A stretch of 64,000 nucleotides of DNA, from assembly GCF_009914755.1 (NCBI RefSeq), contig NC_060947.1; one strand, written 5' to 3'. Below the pieces are notes generated by a model. The model had not been told where the DNA came from, did no database searches, and saw only the letters and a program-made list of their open reading frames with translations. Position 1 is the first letter of the stretch, and each line of letters begins with the position of its first letter. Both the position numbers and the translations under genes were made by a program. Source of the stretch: the human T2T-CHM13v2.0 reference genome, Homo sapiens. This document shows positions 1 through 16,022 of the stretch, one piece after another.

Positions 1-2471
1 GGATGGCTACAGAAATTTCTGTGACATACCCAAACCAAAGTCCTTTTAGGAGTGACTACTATTCATATGATTTTAGCCTAGTCACATTTTTGTGTCTCAT
101 GTGTATTTCCCATTAAAGCTGCTATTTCTCAATGGCAACATGTCTGGTGGGCCAAGGGGCATGAATCCACTTGAAATAAAAGAAACTTCTATTAGGAGAA
201 TTAGGAACTGGGCTAGAGATACCTGGCCAGGTAGAATTTGCTTTGAATGAGAAATGATAAACTGACGAAAAAGACTTCCTAGTGCAAGAAGCGCACTTCA
301 AGGGCATCCAATTCCAGGAGGAAGGATAGGGATGGCAAGCTGCCAAGGTTGATAGCTGGAGAATGGAACCAATAATTACTAGAAAACGGAACCTACGAGG
401 TGTTCTTTAATCTCTTTAGCATCTGACTGAGAGAAAACCATTCTTTCCCTAGTGGGTAACAGCTAAACAAGATTACAGTATTTCCCCTGGGAGATAGATG
501 GGTCATGTTATGAGACCTCTCTTGGGCACTAATATCTGTCAAACCATATAAACTGAGAAAATTAGTTTGGCCATGTCCTCAAGACGTCTTAAACTCAGAA
601 CTAACAGAGACATGGCCTCTAACCTATGTGAAAAATAATACATGGTATATAGAAAAAGTAGATTTTTGTAGGAGAGTGGCAAAATAATTACACTGGCCTC
701 TCGAGACCCCCTTGCTGTGGAGGCAGCCTGTGGCTGTGGATCCATATCCTGACAGTAATGCTCTTGTAATGTAGCCTTTTCTGGCAATAGAGCGCGGATT
801 TGTAAGCCATGTTATTGTGGGTCCTGAGAGTCTTCTTTAGCAACTGAAGCCTATCTAATGTCACCCTTAGCGCACCATCAAAAGGTGAGGTGCATTTACA
901 GAGAAGGCGGTGCATTTTTCACCTGGTTTGTCATGGTGAGGGCGAGTCCAGAAACTGTGACTATTCACACAACTCCAGCCTGTACCAAATCTCTATAATG
1001 TGTGCTTTAGTTGCTGAATAGAGGCAAAATGTTCTCTATTTCTTACTGTTTGCAGAATATTTGTCACACTTATCAACTGCAGTATATTTAGCCCTATGGT
1101 TTGGGCTCTCTCCAACCCACCACACATTATTAATAAACTAAATACACTTGCTTTGTTAAGTGCGTTTTTATTTCTGCTCTTACAAGTTGGCTTTTTAATT
1201 TTAGAAGCCTCACACCTGTAGAATGTCATCAGAACTACAAAGGGAGAAAGAATGCTTAAATTACCTTCTTCATAACTTTCAATGGAGTATCAGCTATATG
1301 AAACAGTTTATAAATCCTTCTTACCAAGATTTTATCTTTGTTCCTGCTTTTCTACCAAGTTTCATTTTCATTTCCAATGTGTTGAGAGGCAGTAAGGAGT
1401 CATGCAACACTTAACTGATTACAAACTGGGGACATTATAGGCCAACGGTGATGCTCTCCACTTAAATAGTGAATTCTCTATAGTGGATACAATTGGGTTA
1501 TTTGGCTTTCTGCAATACGGAAACATTGATAGGGAAGTGAAAAAAAAATAAGATCAAGTGCTTAATAGAGGTGGAAGTGCATATTTCCAAGGCATCTGTA
1601 ATTCAAACTCTTCACTGGCACCAGGAAATCACTGAGATAACATCATTAATTTTCCTTAAAGTTAGAGTTGGTAGAAGTGGCCTTTGGTAGGGAAAGCTAG
1701 CCAGGGCAAGTTTTATTTGCCTGTACCGCAGACAATAGCTCTTTATCATGGCTTTGCAGGCTTAGAAATGACAAAAGCCTGGAAGCTAAATCTAAGCAAA
1801 TATAAAATTAGGAGAAAATTCTTAAATCATATATTGAAAGTAAGTAATGTGACCACACATATGTTCAATAAAAGGATGGGGTGAACTCTTCATTCTATAG
1901 TTTTACTATATATGGCACCCTCCTAGCATTAATGAGAATTCAATACTTAATTTAGATACATACACCTTAATTTTGGCATACTTGAATCTTTTTCACATAT
2001 TAGAAAAGCCATGCTCAGAAAGGAAATGCAGAGAATTTCAAATTGATTTAAAAGTGAAAATTTAAAGAAATTATTCTACATTCGGAGCTTACCTTTATTA
2101 CAAGGTTATCACCTCAAATGGACAAAATTTTGTATATTATGAAATTCCCCCATTTTCCCAATGTTTATTGGAAATTATAAGTTGAAATGACAGACAATAA
2201 AACACATATGTGAATGGAATTTTTTTTGAGCAGGAAAATCGAATAATGCCTAAATCCAGGGTGAAAATGGACATTATAGAAAGGAACAGTCATTATAAGG
2301 TTTTTCCATCTGGTCTATTTCTGGGTTTCTTTTTTTTTTTTTTCCATAGTATAAACTGGAACAAATGGTTAGCTTCTGAACTTTTAGGATCTCACAGGAA
2401 TATTCTCTAGCACTTCATGATAACCAGTGCCTAATTACTCCTTTATTAAAGGAAAGCAGTAGCTCTGGGAT

Positions 2472-2497
2472 GGGGCAGGGGCAGGGGCAGGGGCAGG
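2472..2497 (+). repeat. (GGGGCA)4 hexamer repeat, G-quadruplex-capable
   Basis: ggggcaggggcaggggcaggggcagg. Confidence 0.85.
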
Positions 2498-3859
2498 TGA
2501 AGAAAAAGAGGCAAGAAAACTTTCTCTATTCAGCCCCCTGACTCGATCCCATCCCAAACTACTTTTTCCCAGCTATGACGTATTAACAGGTCCTAAGGAA
2601 ACCCTCGACCTGGAAAGCCCTTTAAACACCAGTTAAACTTGGCAACTATATAGCTGAAAAATGATAACTTCGGGCTATAAGGAAATGGAAGCCTTGGTTT
2701 ACTTTCATTCATGCATTCATCTCATGAAAACATATTGAACCATGCTGTGTGCCAGGTTTTGTACTAAGCATTGGGGATACCAAGATGAAGGGAAAAGGCC
2801 TAGTCTCTCTTTCCAAATAATTCCACTTCTAAGGCATTTCTTCTCTATCTCTGTGTAAGAACCATATGCCAAGTGACTCCTTGACTATCTTATTGCTAGC
2901 CTCTGCAGATCCTCTGGTTGAACCCCTTTATTTCTGAAGACCTGGCAGCCAGGGTTCACGGTCCTTCTCTTTTGCCCAGTTCTCGCTCCAATTCTGCATG
3001 ATTTCAACATTGGCATGGGGGACTCATGCATCATTCTAGCCTCTCAGTTCCTTAACTTGCTATTTCACCTCCATGGAAATTCACATCCACTCTACCTCTG
3101 CCACCTACTCAAATGGCTATATCCTAGATCTAATCACCTGAAACTGTTCCACCTTCAAAATAATGTTCATCTATGATTCTCTCTGACCACAACTTCTTGA
3201 CCTTCAGTTCCTTTACTACTTCTTCCCCTACCTCCCTGAAGAGTTAGCATTTTCATCCCTCTACCTCCTAATTACCAGTTTCCATATGCGTTCACAGCTT
3301 CTCCTACCCAACAGGGACTTGTCAGTATCATTTTAATCAATCTTTTGCCCAAATCCTCACTTCTCTTGCCCAGCTGTTCCCTCCCTACCCCAGGACAGAA
3401 GCATCTGGCTCCCAAGTGCTAAGTGTGCCTGGGGAAATACCACACCCCTGCAGATTGGAGCTACCGTGAAACACTCAGCCGCCTCTGGGTTCACACAGCT
3501 GGTTTTCAACTCCGCCCTCTCTCTTATTCTCCACAAAGATAAGCCCAACTTCATCATCTCCTGCTGTTAACTGCGTTGCAGGGACTCTCCACTCCATACA
3601 AAAAATGGAAGCCTTTATAGTAAGACATCCTTCACCTTGCTGCTACCTGGTTTCTTAGTTACCTGGACCTGCCCAGATCCTTCCCTCTACCCCACCCATT
3701 ACAGTGGAAGAGAGGTATCTCTTCCCTCCCTTGGGCTCTGGATTACCTGCCCGTATTCTCTGAGAACTCCCATTATTTATCATCTCCTCTTGGGCCAATA
3801 ATTGTAATCTCACCCTGTCTTCTCATACTCATATAAATACATTCCCACGAATACTATAT

Positions 3860-3938
3860 GTTTGGCCTGCATTTGATTGAAAAAAATCCACGTAAGTTGA
3901 CCCAAGCAGTTCAAACCCATGTTGTTCAAGGATCAATG

Positions 3939-3940
<2 letters not shown>
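3860..3940 (+). mobile_element. Terminal fragment of a Tigger2/MER8-type DNA transposon
   Basis: 'aaaaaatccacgtaagttgacccaagcagttcaaacccatgttgttcaaggatcaa' resembles the Tigger2-group terminus. Confidence 0.65.

Positions 3941-3941
<1 letters not shown>

Positions 3942-3983
<42 letters not shown>
3942..3983 (+). repeat. (CA)~21 microsatellite
   Basis: Uninterrupted AC run. Confidence 0.95.
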
Positions 3984-3985
<2 letters not shown>

Positions 3986-3992
3986 ATATACA

Positions 3993-4336
3993 CATATTGT
4001 GCCACATAATGACATTTCAGTCAACAATGGACTGCCTATATGACAGCGAGCCCATGAGATTACACTATTATATATTTTTACTGTATCTTTCTATGTTTAA
4101 ATACGTTTCGATACACAATACTTACTATTGTGTTCCAACTGCCTACAGTATTCAGAACAGTCACATGCTGTACAGGTGTATAGCCTAGGAGCAATAGGCT
4201 ATCCCATACAGCCTAGGTGTGTACTAGGCTATACCATCTAAGTTTGTGTAGTACTCTCCTATATTGACATAACAACAAAGTTGCCTAACAACACATTTCT
4301 TAGAACATATCCCCATTGTTAAGCAACACGTGACTG
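3993..4336 (+). mobile_element. Tigger3a/MER7A non-autonomous TcMar element
   Basis: Diagnostic 'gcctaggagcaataggctat...gcctaggtgtgta' core; ends ...gttaagcaacacgtgactg followed by TA; ~345 bp. Confidence 0.8.
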
Positions 4337-4930
4337 TACATACATTTCCATTAACTCCTCAGCCCCCTCCAACTAGCTACCACCCCACTCTTCTCCCCTT
4401 CATAAGTAAATTTCTCCAAGAATCATTCATACCTTCTCTAATTCTCCACTTTTGGTTCACTTTTGAACTCACCACACCACTTCCACTGTGCCTCTAAAAT
4501 CTCACCAAAGTTACTAGGGACCTTCCTGTTGCTAAGTCCAATGGGCATTTTCCGCAACTTTATGCTGACATCCCAGCAACATCTGACCCTGGTAACGGGT
4601 TCTTTCTTTCTTCCCATGGAGCATGTGGCATCATAACCTCTTGGAATTTTCCTTCTTTCCTCCTGGCCATTCCTTTGCAGTCCCTTCTGTAGGTTGCTTA
4701 TCCTGTGTCCTAAATAACTTCCCTTCTCACGCTACACTTTCCTGGAGCTATCCAATCCTCTCCCCCGTTACAAGCAGCACCTACAGGCTCATGATCCCTA
4801 AACGTTGTTTGTATATTTCTCCTGAGCACCACAGCTCCGTGTCTAACCTTACCAGACAAGTCCCACATTCACCTGATATTCCAAGCCAAGCACCTAAGTG
4901 TCTTCCTTGACTCCCTTTCACCCACCACAT

Positions 4931-5144
4931 CAAGCTTGTCCAACCTGTGGCCCAGGATGGCTTTGAATGAGGCCCAAATGAATTCGTAAACTTTCCTAAA
5001 ACATTTTTTTTTTTTTTGCGATTTTTTTTTTTTTTTTTTTTTTTAGCTCATCAGCTACCGTTAGCGTTAGTGTATTTTATGTGGGGTCCAAGACAATTCT
5101 TCTTCCACTGTGGCCCGGAGAAGCCAAAAGATTGGACATCCCTG
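4931..5144 (+). mobile_element. MER30 (hAT-Charlie MITE) with intact 8-bp TSD
   Basis: Begins caagcttgtccaacc and ends ttggacatccctg; flanked by caccacat at 4923-4930 and 5145-5152. Confidence 0.85.
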
Positions 5145-5896
5145 CACCACATCAAATGAATCACTGAGGCCTGTCAAATCCACTTCCTAAATATTTCTAA
5201 ATTCTCTCCACTTATCTCCCTTACTACTCTGCTAATTCAAGCCACCACATTGCTGGTTTAGATTACTGCAACAGGTTTTTCTCCTGTCACTCCCACATCG
5301 CACCAATCCATACTCTGTTCCACAGCAAGAATCATCTTTCTAAGCGACAATCTGATTATGTCACCCCCAGGCCAAATCCCCTGACCTCTAAATTCCTTAA
5401 CTTGGGTTTTAAAAACCTTGCACAATCTGCTTCCTGCTTCTCTCTCCAGCCTATTATTTCACAATAGATCTTTCCCCTGGAATTCTGTGCTTTAGCCATA
5501 CTGACATATTTTCAGTTCCTGAATGTGTCATGCTTTCTCTGGGCCCTTCAGCACATGCTCTTCTTTCTGACTAGAACGCTCTTCCTAGAGAGAGAGCTGC
5601 TTACTCTTCTAGAGTTACCTAGCTTAGACATCACCTCTTCAAACAAACATTCTTTGAATCTCATTCCACACAGTTAGCTGTTCACATAGTACCCCATTGT
5701 CCCACTGTTGCACAACTAAATATATGACATTGAAATGGTCTTGGAAATAGAGACAAGATCACTTTATTTTTTTAACCAACTGTAGACATTCTTAATACAT
5801 TATACATATATTTGCTTATGTCTACAAATTTCATGAACATCCTGGTTATCCCTTGTTAGACTGTAAGTTCCATCAGAGCAGAAACTGTGCCTGTTG

Positions 5897-6572
<676 letters not shown>

Positions 6573-7048
6573 TCATGGGCATATCATCAATGCACACAGA
6601 CCCTCAGACAATAGTAGAGTTATACATAAACTATTTGATGACATGATAGAGCTGTGTAACACTTCAGGATTTTTCCACAGATGTATGATAAAAAAGGAGG
6701 AAAGCAATTCTGTCATTTTTCCTCTACCACTTCATTCATCTGCACGTTAGCATTCAAGCTAATAAACCACACATGTCTATGAAGTTTGGTTTAGATCAGA
6801 TAGTCATAGTCTTCTAATACTAAGTACATTTTGTAAAAAGAAAAAAAAACAAAGGTAGAACAAGGATTGTGCAAGTTTCACAAAGGTAATTATGGATGCC
6901 GATGCCAATGCCAGTAGTTGGAAAATAAAAATTCTCAATATCTTAATTCAACATCAGTAGCTGAGGAATGGTGACAGGAATGATTCTAAAAATAAAACAA
7001 AACATTCTAGGCAAACTCTAGGCCAAGGATACATTAAAGAATGAATTA

Positions 7049-7282
<234 letters not shown>

Positions 7283-7784
7283 TCAGAAATAACAGACAAC
7301 CCACCCCCGACGCCCAGTGATTTGCCAATAACTACAACCACCACAAAAATAGCCTAGAAAACATATAGTGTGTATACGCCAAGCTTTCGGAGGTGAAAAT
7401 TCTGTTAACGTGGGGAAAAGAAAAAATAATTCCTTTTGCCCTTTGACAACCAGGAAGGCTAAGTTCTGTGAAGACTAAAGTGGTATAGCCTGAAGGGCAT
7501 TCATGTAGTCCTGTTCCCAAGAGGAAAGAGATGGACAGGCATTATTTTTTTCTAGAAAGTAATCTGGATCTACTGTAGTGAATCTTTTCTGCACAAGATT
7601 AAAGAGAACAAGAAATACATTATTTAAATAGCTATAAGACCTTAAACAATCAAGTGGCAATATAACATTTTTTCTGACTGTAGAAGTTATACATGCTCAC
7701 TTTGGGTAACTTAGACATTTAACATATACATATATAATCAAATAAATCATCCACAAGCCCATAAACTCAAAAATAGGCACAACT

Positions 7785-7912
<128 letters not shown>

Positions 7913-8599
7913 TTATATAAACCTTTTAAATAAGCACTGTTAACATTTTGAGTATTTTTTATCCAACATATGTGTCTATGTGTGTGATATGTATTTAAAA
8001 ATATAATTAGGAATAAAATAAACATTTGGCTCTATATTCTAAGGTACAATCATTCTAATGTTCAGCACAGAATAACAACAATATATGTTACTGTGGTTTC
8101 TGCAGTCACCGGTCTATCAAGCCCTGACTCACGCCACCTAGCAGGAAGCTATATTTAGATGATGTTCTTACTCAAGTCTGCACAAGCCTTGATAGATACT
8201 GGGCTACATTTATTTCAGGAACTCAGCTCCAAAAAGCTCCTTGAAGACAAGAACTCTGTCACCTACTTCTGTCATTTTTCCTAGCAACTTAATATGCAAC
8301 TGCCCTCTGAAAAAGCTGTTTTAATACAGATCATGGACCGACTGACCAACTGAATCAATAAACAAAAGAATGAAAGAAAGAAAAAGTACACTGACATACA
8401 TGACTGCCATAATCAAATGACACCTACGAAACCAATTCTGATGAGGTGTTAGGAAAGGGCAATAATTCAATCCATATCCAAGTCACTTGGGTCAACATTT
8501 TCAGCTTTATGGCCATCGCAGAGACCAAACATAAAAGCCTGAATTTCAACTAGGGGAAAGAAAACAATGTCTGTAATTTAAACTATTCAGCATACAATT

Positions 8600-9280
8600 T
8601 TGTTTAAAAGACCGGAATACCAAATGTTGGTGAGGATATGGAGCGACTGGAATTCTCAGACACTGCTTGTTGGGAATGTACGACAACTTTGGGAAACCAG
8701 TTAGGCAGTTTCTTATGAAATTAAACACACATGTATATTATGACTCAAATATTCTTTTCCTGGATATTTGCACAGAATAAAAAAAAATGTATGTCCACAA
8801 AAAGATGTGTACATGAATATCCATAGCAGCTTTATTCATAATAGTCAAAAACCGGAAACCAACCAGTAAGGTAATGGATAAACAAGTTGTGGTAAAGTCA
8901 TTCAGTGGGATACTACTGTGCAAAGTGCAATAAAAAGGAACTAACTACTGATAATGCAACAATGTGAACTGATCTGAAAAACACTAAGCTGGGTAAAAGA
9001 AGCCAGGCACAAAACAGTACATACTGTTTGATTTCACTTATATCAACTTCTAGAACAGGCAAAACTTAGCTACTATGCCAGATGGTAGCCTGGGGTGTGG
9101 TGGGAGTAGGTAACTGACCTCAAAGGAACACAAGGGTGTTTTCTAGGTGATCGAAATGTTATATCTTGATTGGCATGGTGGTTACACGAGTGTATACATT
9201 TGCCAAAATCTAACCTGAACACTTAAAATGGAAACATGTTATAGTGTTTAAATTATGCCCTGATAAGGTAAATTTTAAGA
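8600..9280 (+). mobile_element. Old L1M (L1MB/MC/ME-type) 3' fragment
   Basis: 'aaatgttggtgaggatatggagcgactggaattctca...cagctttattcataatag...' is L1 ORF2-end/3' UTR text. Confidence 0.75.
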
Positions 9281-9726
9281 GTCTTTAAAAACCCTCACAT
9301 GAACAGTACACTCTGATGTATGTGTGTGTTAGCTTAAGCTACACTGTAGAGGTGGTCAGTTGTCTTAATCAGGAGTGAACTCCAAGGGTGGTTGGCTAGC
9401 AATTAATCAAAAAGCCTCATGCCACAGGCGGCCACTGTAAGTGATTCAGTTATATTTAGCTCTTATTACACCAGGGGTTTCATTAATTTTCCTAATTAAT
9501 AGTTAGACGGGCCTGTGTAGTGATATTAGTGGTTTGCAAAATATGAAGATTGTTGAAAAACATTTAGAAACACTCCCTGCCTTTAAATTGAGTTTAAGAA
9601 GAATCCAGTAGGTTCTCCATCTTTAGAAATGGTGCCCTAGGCTGAATTCCAAAATGTCCAGCTGTGGTTCACCGGATTCTTAGTTGCCAGAATTCAGTTA
9701 GATGGTTGAGGGAATCCTGCTGCTAG

Positions 9727-9920
9727 AACAATGGTTTTCAGACTTGAGCAAACATCAGAATCACCTGGAGTGGATAGTTTAAAGATGCAGATTTCCTAGG
9801 CCCCACCTCCAGATTTTCTAATTCAGTAGGTATGGGAAGGGCCTGGGAATCTGAATTTCTAGCAAGTTTCCAGGTGATGCTGATGCTGCTGGTCCAGGGA
9901 CCACACTTTGAGAACCACTC
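9727..9920. mobile_element. MER5A (hAT-Charlie); a second MER5-type copy lies at ~10190-10330
   Basis: 'catcagaatcacctggag...ccaggtgatgctgatgctgctggtccagggaccacactttgagaaccact'. Confidence 0.8.
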
Positions 9921-11549
9921 TAATAGAGGACTGTGGCCTGTGTAGACTGTGAGCCTCTCACACCAAGCACCCCAAAAGACAGAACTGTGACTTCACTGTG
10001 TCTCTGGCACAGGCTGTAAGATTGTTTTGTACCCATTGGCTAATAAATGCTCCTAAGTGACAGAACTTGTACTGAGACTTGCTTTCTTTATAACCTGGCA
10101 GCCGAGAGGTAGTTAAGAGGGCAGTCCTCAACTACATCTAACCATGAATGACTACCAACACCAATTACAGAGAACCTGTGTGAGTCCTTGTTAGTCAAAG
10201 TGTGATTTGAGGAAGAATAGCATCAGTATCTGCTTGGAGCTTATGAGAAATGCAGAATCTCAGGCCCCACCCAGATCTGTGAATCCGAATCAATATTTTA
10301 CTAAGAGCCTCTGGTGATTCATATGGAAGTTCTTTAAATGAATATTTTAATAAAGTTTCTTGTTCCGTGTTGTTAAACTTCAAGTATAAATTCTGTATAC
10401 CAACACCATCCTGTGTTGTCTTTTGTTTTTCTATCTTTCTATCTTCCATTTTGTGGGCTTTTATTAATAGATTATTTAATAACTACTATAGTCAACTACA
10501 CCAAAACCTCCCCTCTGGGATATATTTGTGAGTCTCTTGTTTATGATAAATACCAATAAAAAGTATTCAATAAATTAAAAGCATCTCGGAGTATCTTGAA
10601 ATGCTATATATACAGATTGCTTCTTGAAGATAATTAACATTTGCCTGGACGCTGTCCTTTAGTGAGCAGAACTTGATCTAGTTGAGTCCCTTTAATTGTC
10701 CTTCTCTCTCTCTCCCCTAAAAGATGTGGTTCTTCCTTTGTCTCTTTTGCCCAGTCATCACTGCTTACTTTTTTAAGTGGTCTCAGCCAACTCATGGTAT
10801 GAATTGTCTTGCGGCATCAATCCATGAGAAACCAATTCCTGTCCTCCCCTCCAGATTGGTGCAACATCCTTCACCAGTACCATCAAATTTTTCCTGTACT
10901 TGCTAGTGTGGAGTTCCCTTACACACACACTCATCATTGAGTCCCTTTGACTCTTTATAAAAAGAAATGTAGAGACGTGGAAATGCACTTTTGGTCAAAT
11001 ACAGATCCCTTTCCCATTAACACCAGCCTGTAGCAGTTTCCAGGGGATAAGCATCCAATCCCAAATTTTCTCTCATTCCTTTACTTATGCAAAAGTATTG
11101 AGTGTTAGTTTTGTGCCAGCCAAACATCTTGTAGAAGATATTGGCATAAAGTTTCTCTTCTTTTTTTCCCTTTCTAATCCTCCTTCTCCACTGCCTCGTA
11201 ACTCATGTGCCTAGTTTCCTATCATCTTTCTTCTTTCAAAGAACGACGATTCCTCTCTTATGACCCCAATTCTACCCTCTTTTCCTATTTTCCTGGTTCT
11301 ATTCAGCATTTAGAACAAATGGTCTAAATGAGGTCACAAGCTCCATCCAAATCTTAGCGTTCATATCAAGAATTGGCAAATTCCAGTAGCTAGAGATCCA
11401 AGTGGGAGAGGCAAGAATGATCTGATTCTTTCAGGGCATGAATATTAGTGTGGAACAGTATCAGAGTTCAAACTTTCTTCCCTTCTAAATACTTCTAACT
11501 ATGACACATTCTGCCTCTAGTTAATCCTCCCTGACATCTTTTCAGCCTA

Positions 11550-12413
<864 letters not shown>

Positions 12414-14490
12414 AAGAAAGTAGCAGGGCAAACGTTTAGCTTCCATCACAATGCTACGGAAGCCATACAAATGTATATCTGGTAACTGTCAGTGAACTGC
12501 AACGGAGTTCTGGTGCCCTACAAGTCTACTACTCAAGAGAGTTAACTGCCTGTGTTGTTTGAGTCCGCATGTGTTGCTAGGAGTCTGCAGCACCACTCCC
12601 TCCGGCTTACAGCTGGAAGAGATAAGTCTCTGCCTTAGGAAAGTGTGTAGGATGCACACAGAAACCTCAAGATGCAATACAGCTGTGAACAATGTGACAC
12701 TGTCCTGGGCTAAAGCTTGGGATGACTGTGTAGTGAAAGTATGTATGCAGTTTAATAAAGCTAAAGCCCCCCATTCCCGTGCCCCATGAGAGACTGTCCT
12801 CCACTTTCCCTGGGAGCTGACTTTCCAGGACTCTGATCCAAGTTGTAATGAGCTCACTAGCTCTCACAGCCGGAACTCAAGAGGAGTGAGACTATCCAAG
12901 AAACCAGTTACGCCATGTTTCCATGGCAGCTGGGAGAAAGCGCACTTCAGAAGGGTAAAAATGCTGAACTGCACATTTCTCTTCATAACTTGTATTATTT
13001 TATCCAGGGCTGGTTCTAGCCTATAAATAGAGAAATCTAGAAACGTAAGGAACAAGGGCAAACATCAAACCACCTACCTTCTCAAGTTGAATTTCCAACT
13101 ACTGAAGTGATAGGCCATTCATCTTTTATTTTGAAACATGAAACAAGTAATAGGCTTCTCTTGCCCCTTTGTTTAGTCTATGCATTTTTCTTGACTTTGG
13201 TAAGTATTTCTGTTTTATGACTTTCACTTTTACTCTGTGTAATAGTAGCAGGTGTCAAAATTCACCAGAAAAGAGGAACAACTGGTCAAGTTTGCGTCAC
13301 ATATCTACATGTTACATGCTTTTGAAAAATAGTGAGAAACACCTCAGCATTTTAAAGCCATGGAAGCATTCCAAAGATATTACAGAAAAAAAACATTAAG
13401 TCCCTTCATTTCAATTTTATAGCTGGTTTCTGTCTTTTTAATAATACTGCAAAAATCCTACTATCTCTGACTGAACTGAGGTCTAGAATTTAAAACAAGG
13501 AGTGTTTTAGTCTATCTTTCCAATGGCTTATGGAGACTTTTTGGAAAGGCCTAAGGTTTCAATATGCCTATCTATTAGCTAGAAAGAACAATAATGACCT
13601 CATTAACTTTATGAGTGGAAAGAGCTGTACGGCTAAATGATTATTCCAACAGATAAATTGGTATAGTGGTCTTTGTTTCTTCATACCAACTCTATTTCCC
13701 AGAAGAAATTTAATCCAAATCTCCCAGGTGGTAAGTGAAAAATAAAATTTAGAGCACATATGCTTTTGGGGGAGTATTGTTCTAAATTCAGTGTTTGGCA
13801 TACAATACGCATTGAACTACTACTGCCTGCCTATTTTACTAATTTTCCAAATTTTCCCAAGAAGCCAAAACAAGGCAGTCTCCCCACATACTCCTATTAT
13901 AGAAAGGTGGCATATTTTAAAATATAATAATATGTCTCCAATTTTCCAGTCTCACTCCTCCAAAGGATTCTAATGGACTTTTCAGATGACAAGTATTATT
14001 CTTGCCAGCTCAAACTCACTAGAACAGACAAGAACCTTGGATCTTAATGAGACTTCAGACAAATTGAGTAATTTAAATCCAGTCTGTCTTGAAAGCAAAT
14101 TAAGCCAAAATATCCAGGCTTCAGAAGTCTAGAATTATTGGGAGATCTTCAAGAACAGACCAGGAATTCTGGAACATATCTTTAAAGAATTAGCTGAGAG
14201 AAGAGGAACACTAACACATCATACTTGGTCTATAATTTTTTAGATATATTTGAGGCCTCTTAAAATCTCAACTCGTAAAAACCTCATCATCAACATAGAG
14301 CTTTACTTAAATGGGGGAAAAATAAACCTACACACAGATAAACAGGAATTATGCATTCATACTTAGATAAGTACAGAAAGTACAGTCTGTGAATTTATAA
14401 TTACTATCAAGTTATGTTTCCAGATGTGAAATGGTATTACTTATTTATCACCAATGACTTTGTAAAACTCTTCTAAGAAATGAAGGAGAG

Positions 14491-14787
14491 GGCCAGGTGT
14501 GGTGGCTCACACCTGTAATCCCAGCACTTATGGAGGTCGAGGCGGGCGGATCACGAGGTCAGGAGTTCGAGAGCAGCCTGGCCAACATGGTGAAACCCCG
14601 TCTCTATTAAAAACACAAAAAAATTAGCCAGGCATGGTGGTGCACACCTGTAATCCTAGCTACTCAGGAGGCTGAAGCAGGATAATTGCTTGAACCCAGG
14701 AGGTGGAGGTTGTAGTGAGCTGAGATCGCACCACTGCACTTCAGCCTGGGCGACAGAATGAGACTCCATCTCAAGAAAAAAAAAAAA
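14491..14787 (+). mobile_element. AluS (Sg/Sx-like)
   Basis: Full dimeric Alu with A tail. Confidence 0.9.
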
Positions 14788-15295
14788 GGGAGAGAAGCAA
14801 TAAAGTACCTAGTATGGCACAAATGTGGAAGACTCAGAATTGAGGAAAAGAGAAAAAGGTTATGAACCAAAAAATACTGAGAAGTTCAACTGTGAAATAA
14901 AAGATAGCACAAAATCCTGGCTGTGGATTGTTTAAGGCATTTCTGGCTCCCTCCTCTTGCTTGGCCTTCCTCAGCAGAATCTCACTACTTCTTAGCAACA
15001 CTGTAATAATGGCAGAGTTGAAATTCAAATTAGTTTTGCTCATTGTTAGCTGCCCTGGTAAAAGGTTTGTTGAGAAAGCAGTTTCTGTAACAAATGGCCG
15101 ATATAAAGTTTTCTGGGGGAGAACTGTGTATCTTAAGTACCATTTCTGGGGCCTGAATTCTGCCCCAGATAATGGAGGGCTGACTCATATAGGCACCACT
15201 GTGCCATGCTCCTTTAAATCAAGCTTCAAGAGCGGAAGGATCAGGGCTCTAACTCCCAAAACCTTCATTATATATAAAACATACAATCCATAATA

Positions 15296-15565
15296 ATTAT
15301 GGATCCATAAGGATAAATGTCTTCTAAAAAGCTACAAAGCAGTGTTGCCTGATCTTTTAAAAATCATTAGTATTATTTTAATATATAACATATATTATTT
15401 TAAATACATTTAAAATAGTACAAATGACATATTTAAATACATATTTTATATATTTATAACATATGTGTATTTAAATATGTATTTGAAGTAATACTACTGA
15501 TTAAAAAAGACTCTTTAGGCAGAACTGTTTTATAACTGCTTAAAAGACATTCATCTATCCATAAT
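15296..15565. repeat. Long imperfect inverted repeat (foldback) with AT-rich core
   Basis: Arm pairs: attatggat/atccataat; ataaatgtctt/aagacattcat; aatcattagtattattt/aagtaatactactgatt; acatatttaaatacata/tgtgtatttaaatatgt. Confidence 0.7.
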
Positions 15566-15721
15566 CCTTTCATCTATCCTTTCAATATTTATTGTGCATG
15601 TACTATAAGCCAAGAACCATGCCAAGTACATGGAATACACTGGTAACCAAAATAAATCTCTGCCTTTATTGACTTTGCAGTGTAGCGAAGGAGATGGATA
15701 ATAATCAAATATTCATATGTA

Positions 15722-16022
<301 letters not shown>

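Larger units (their letters stand above)
2870..5880 (+). mobile_element. Degenerate LINE-2 fragments interrupted by younger DNA transposons
   Basis: Pyrimidine-rich L2-type text, e.g. 'ttagattactgcaac', 'ctgattatgtcac', 'ttagactgtaagttccatcagagcag'. Boundaries are approximate. Confidence 0.6.
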
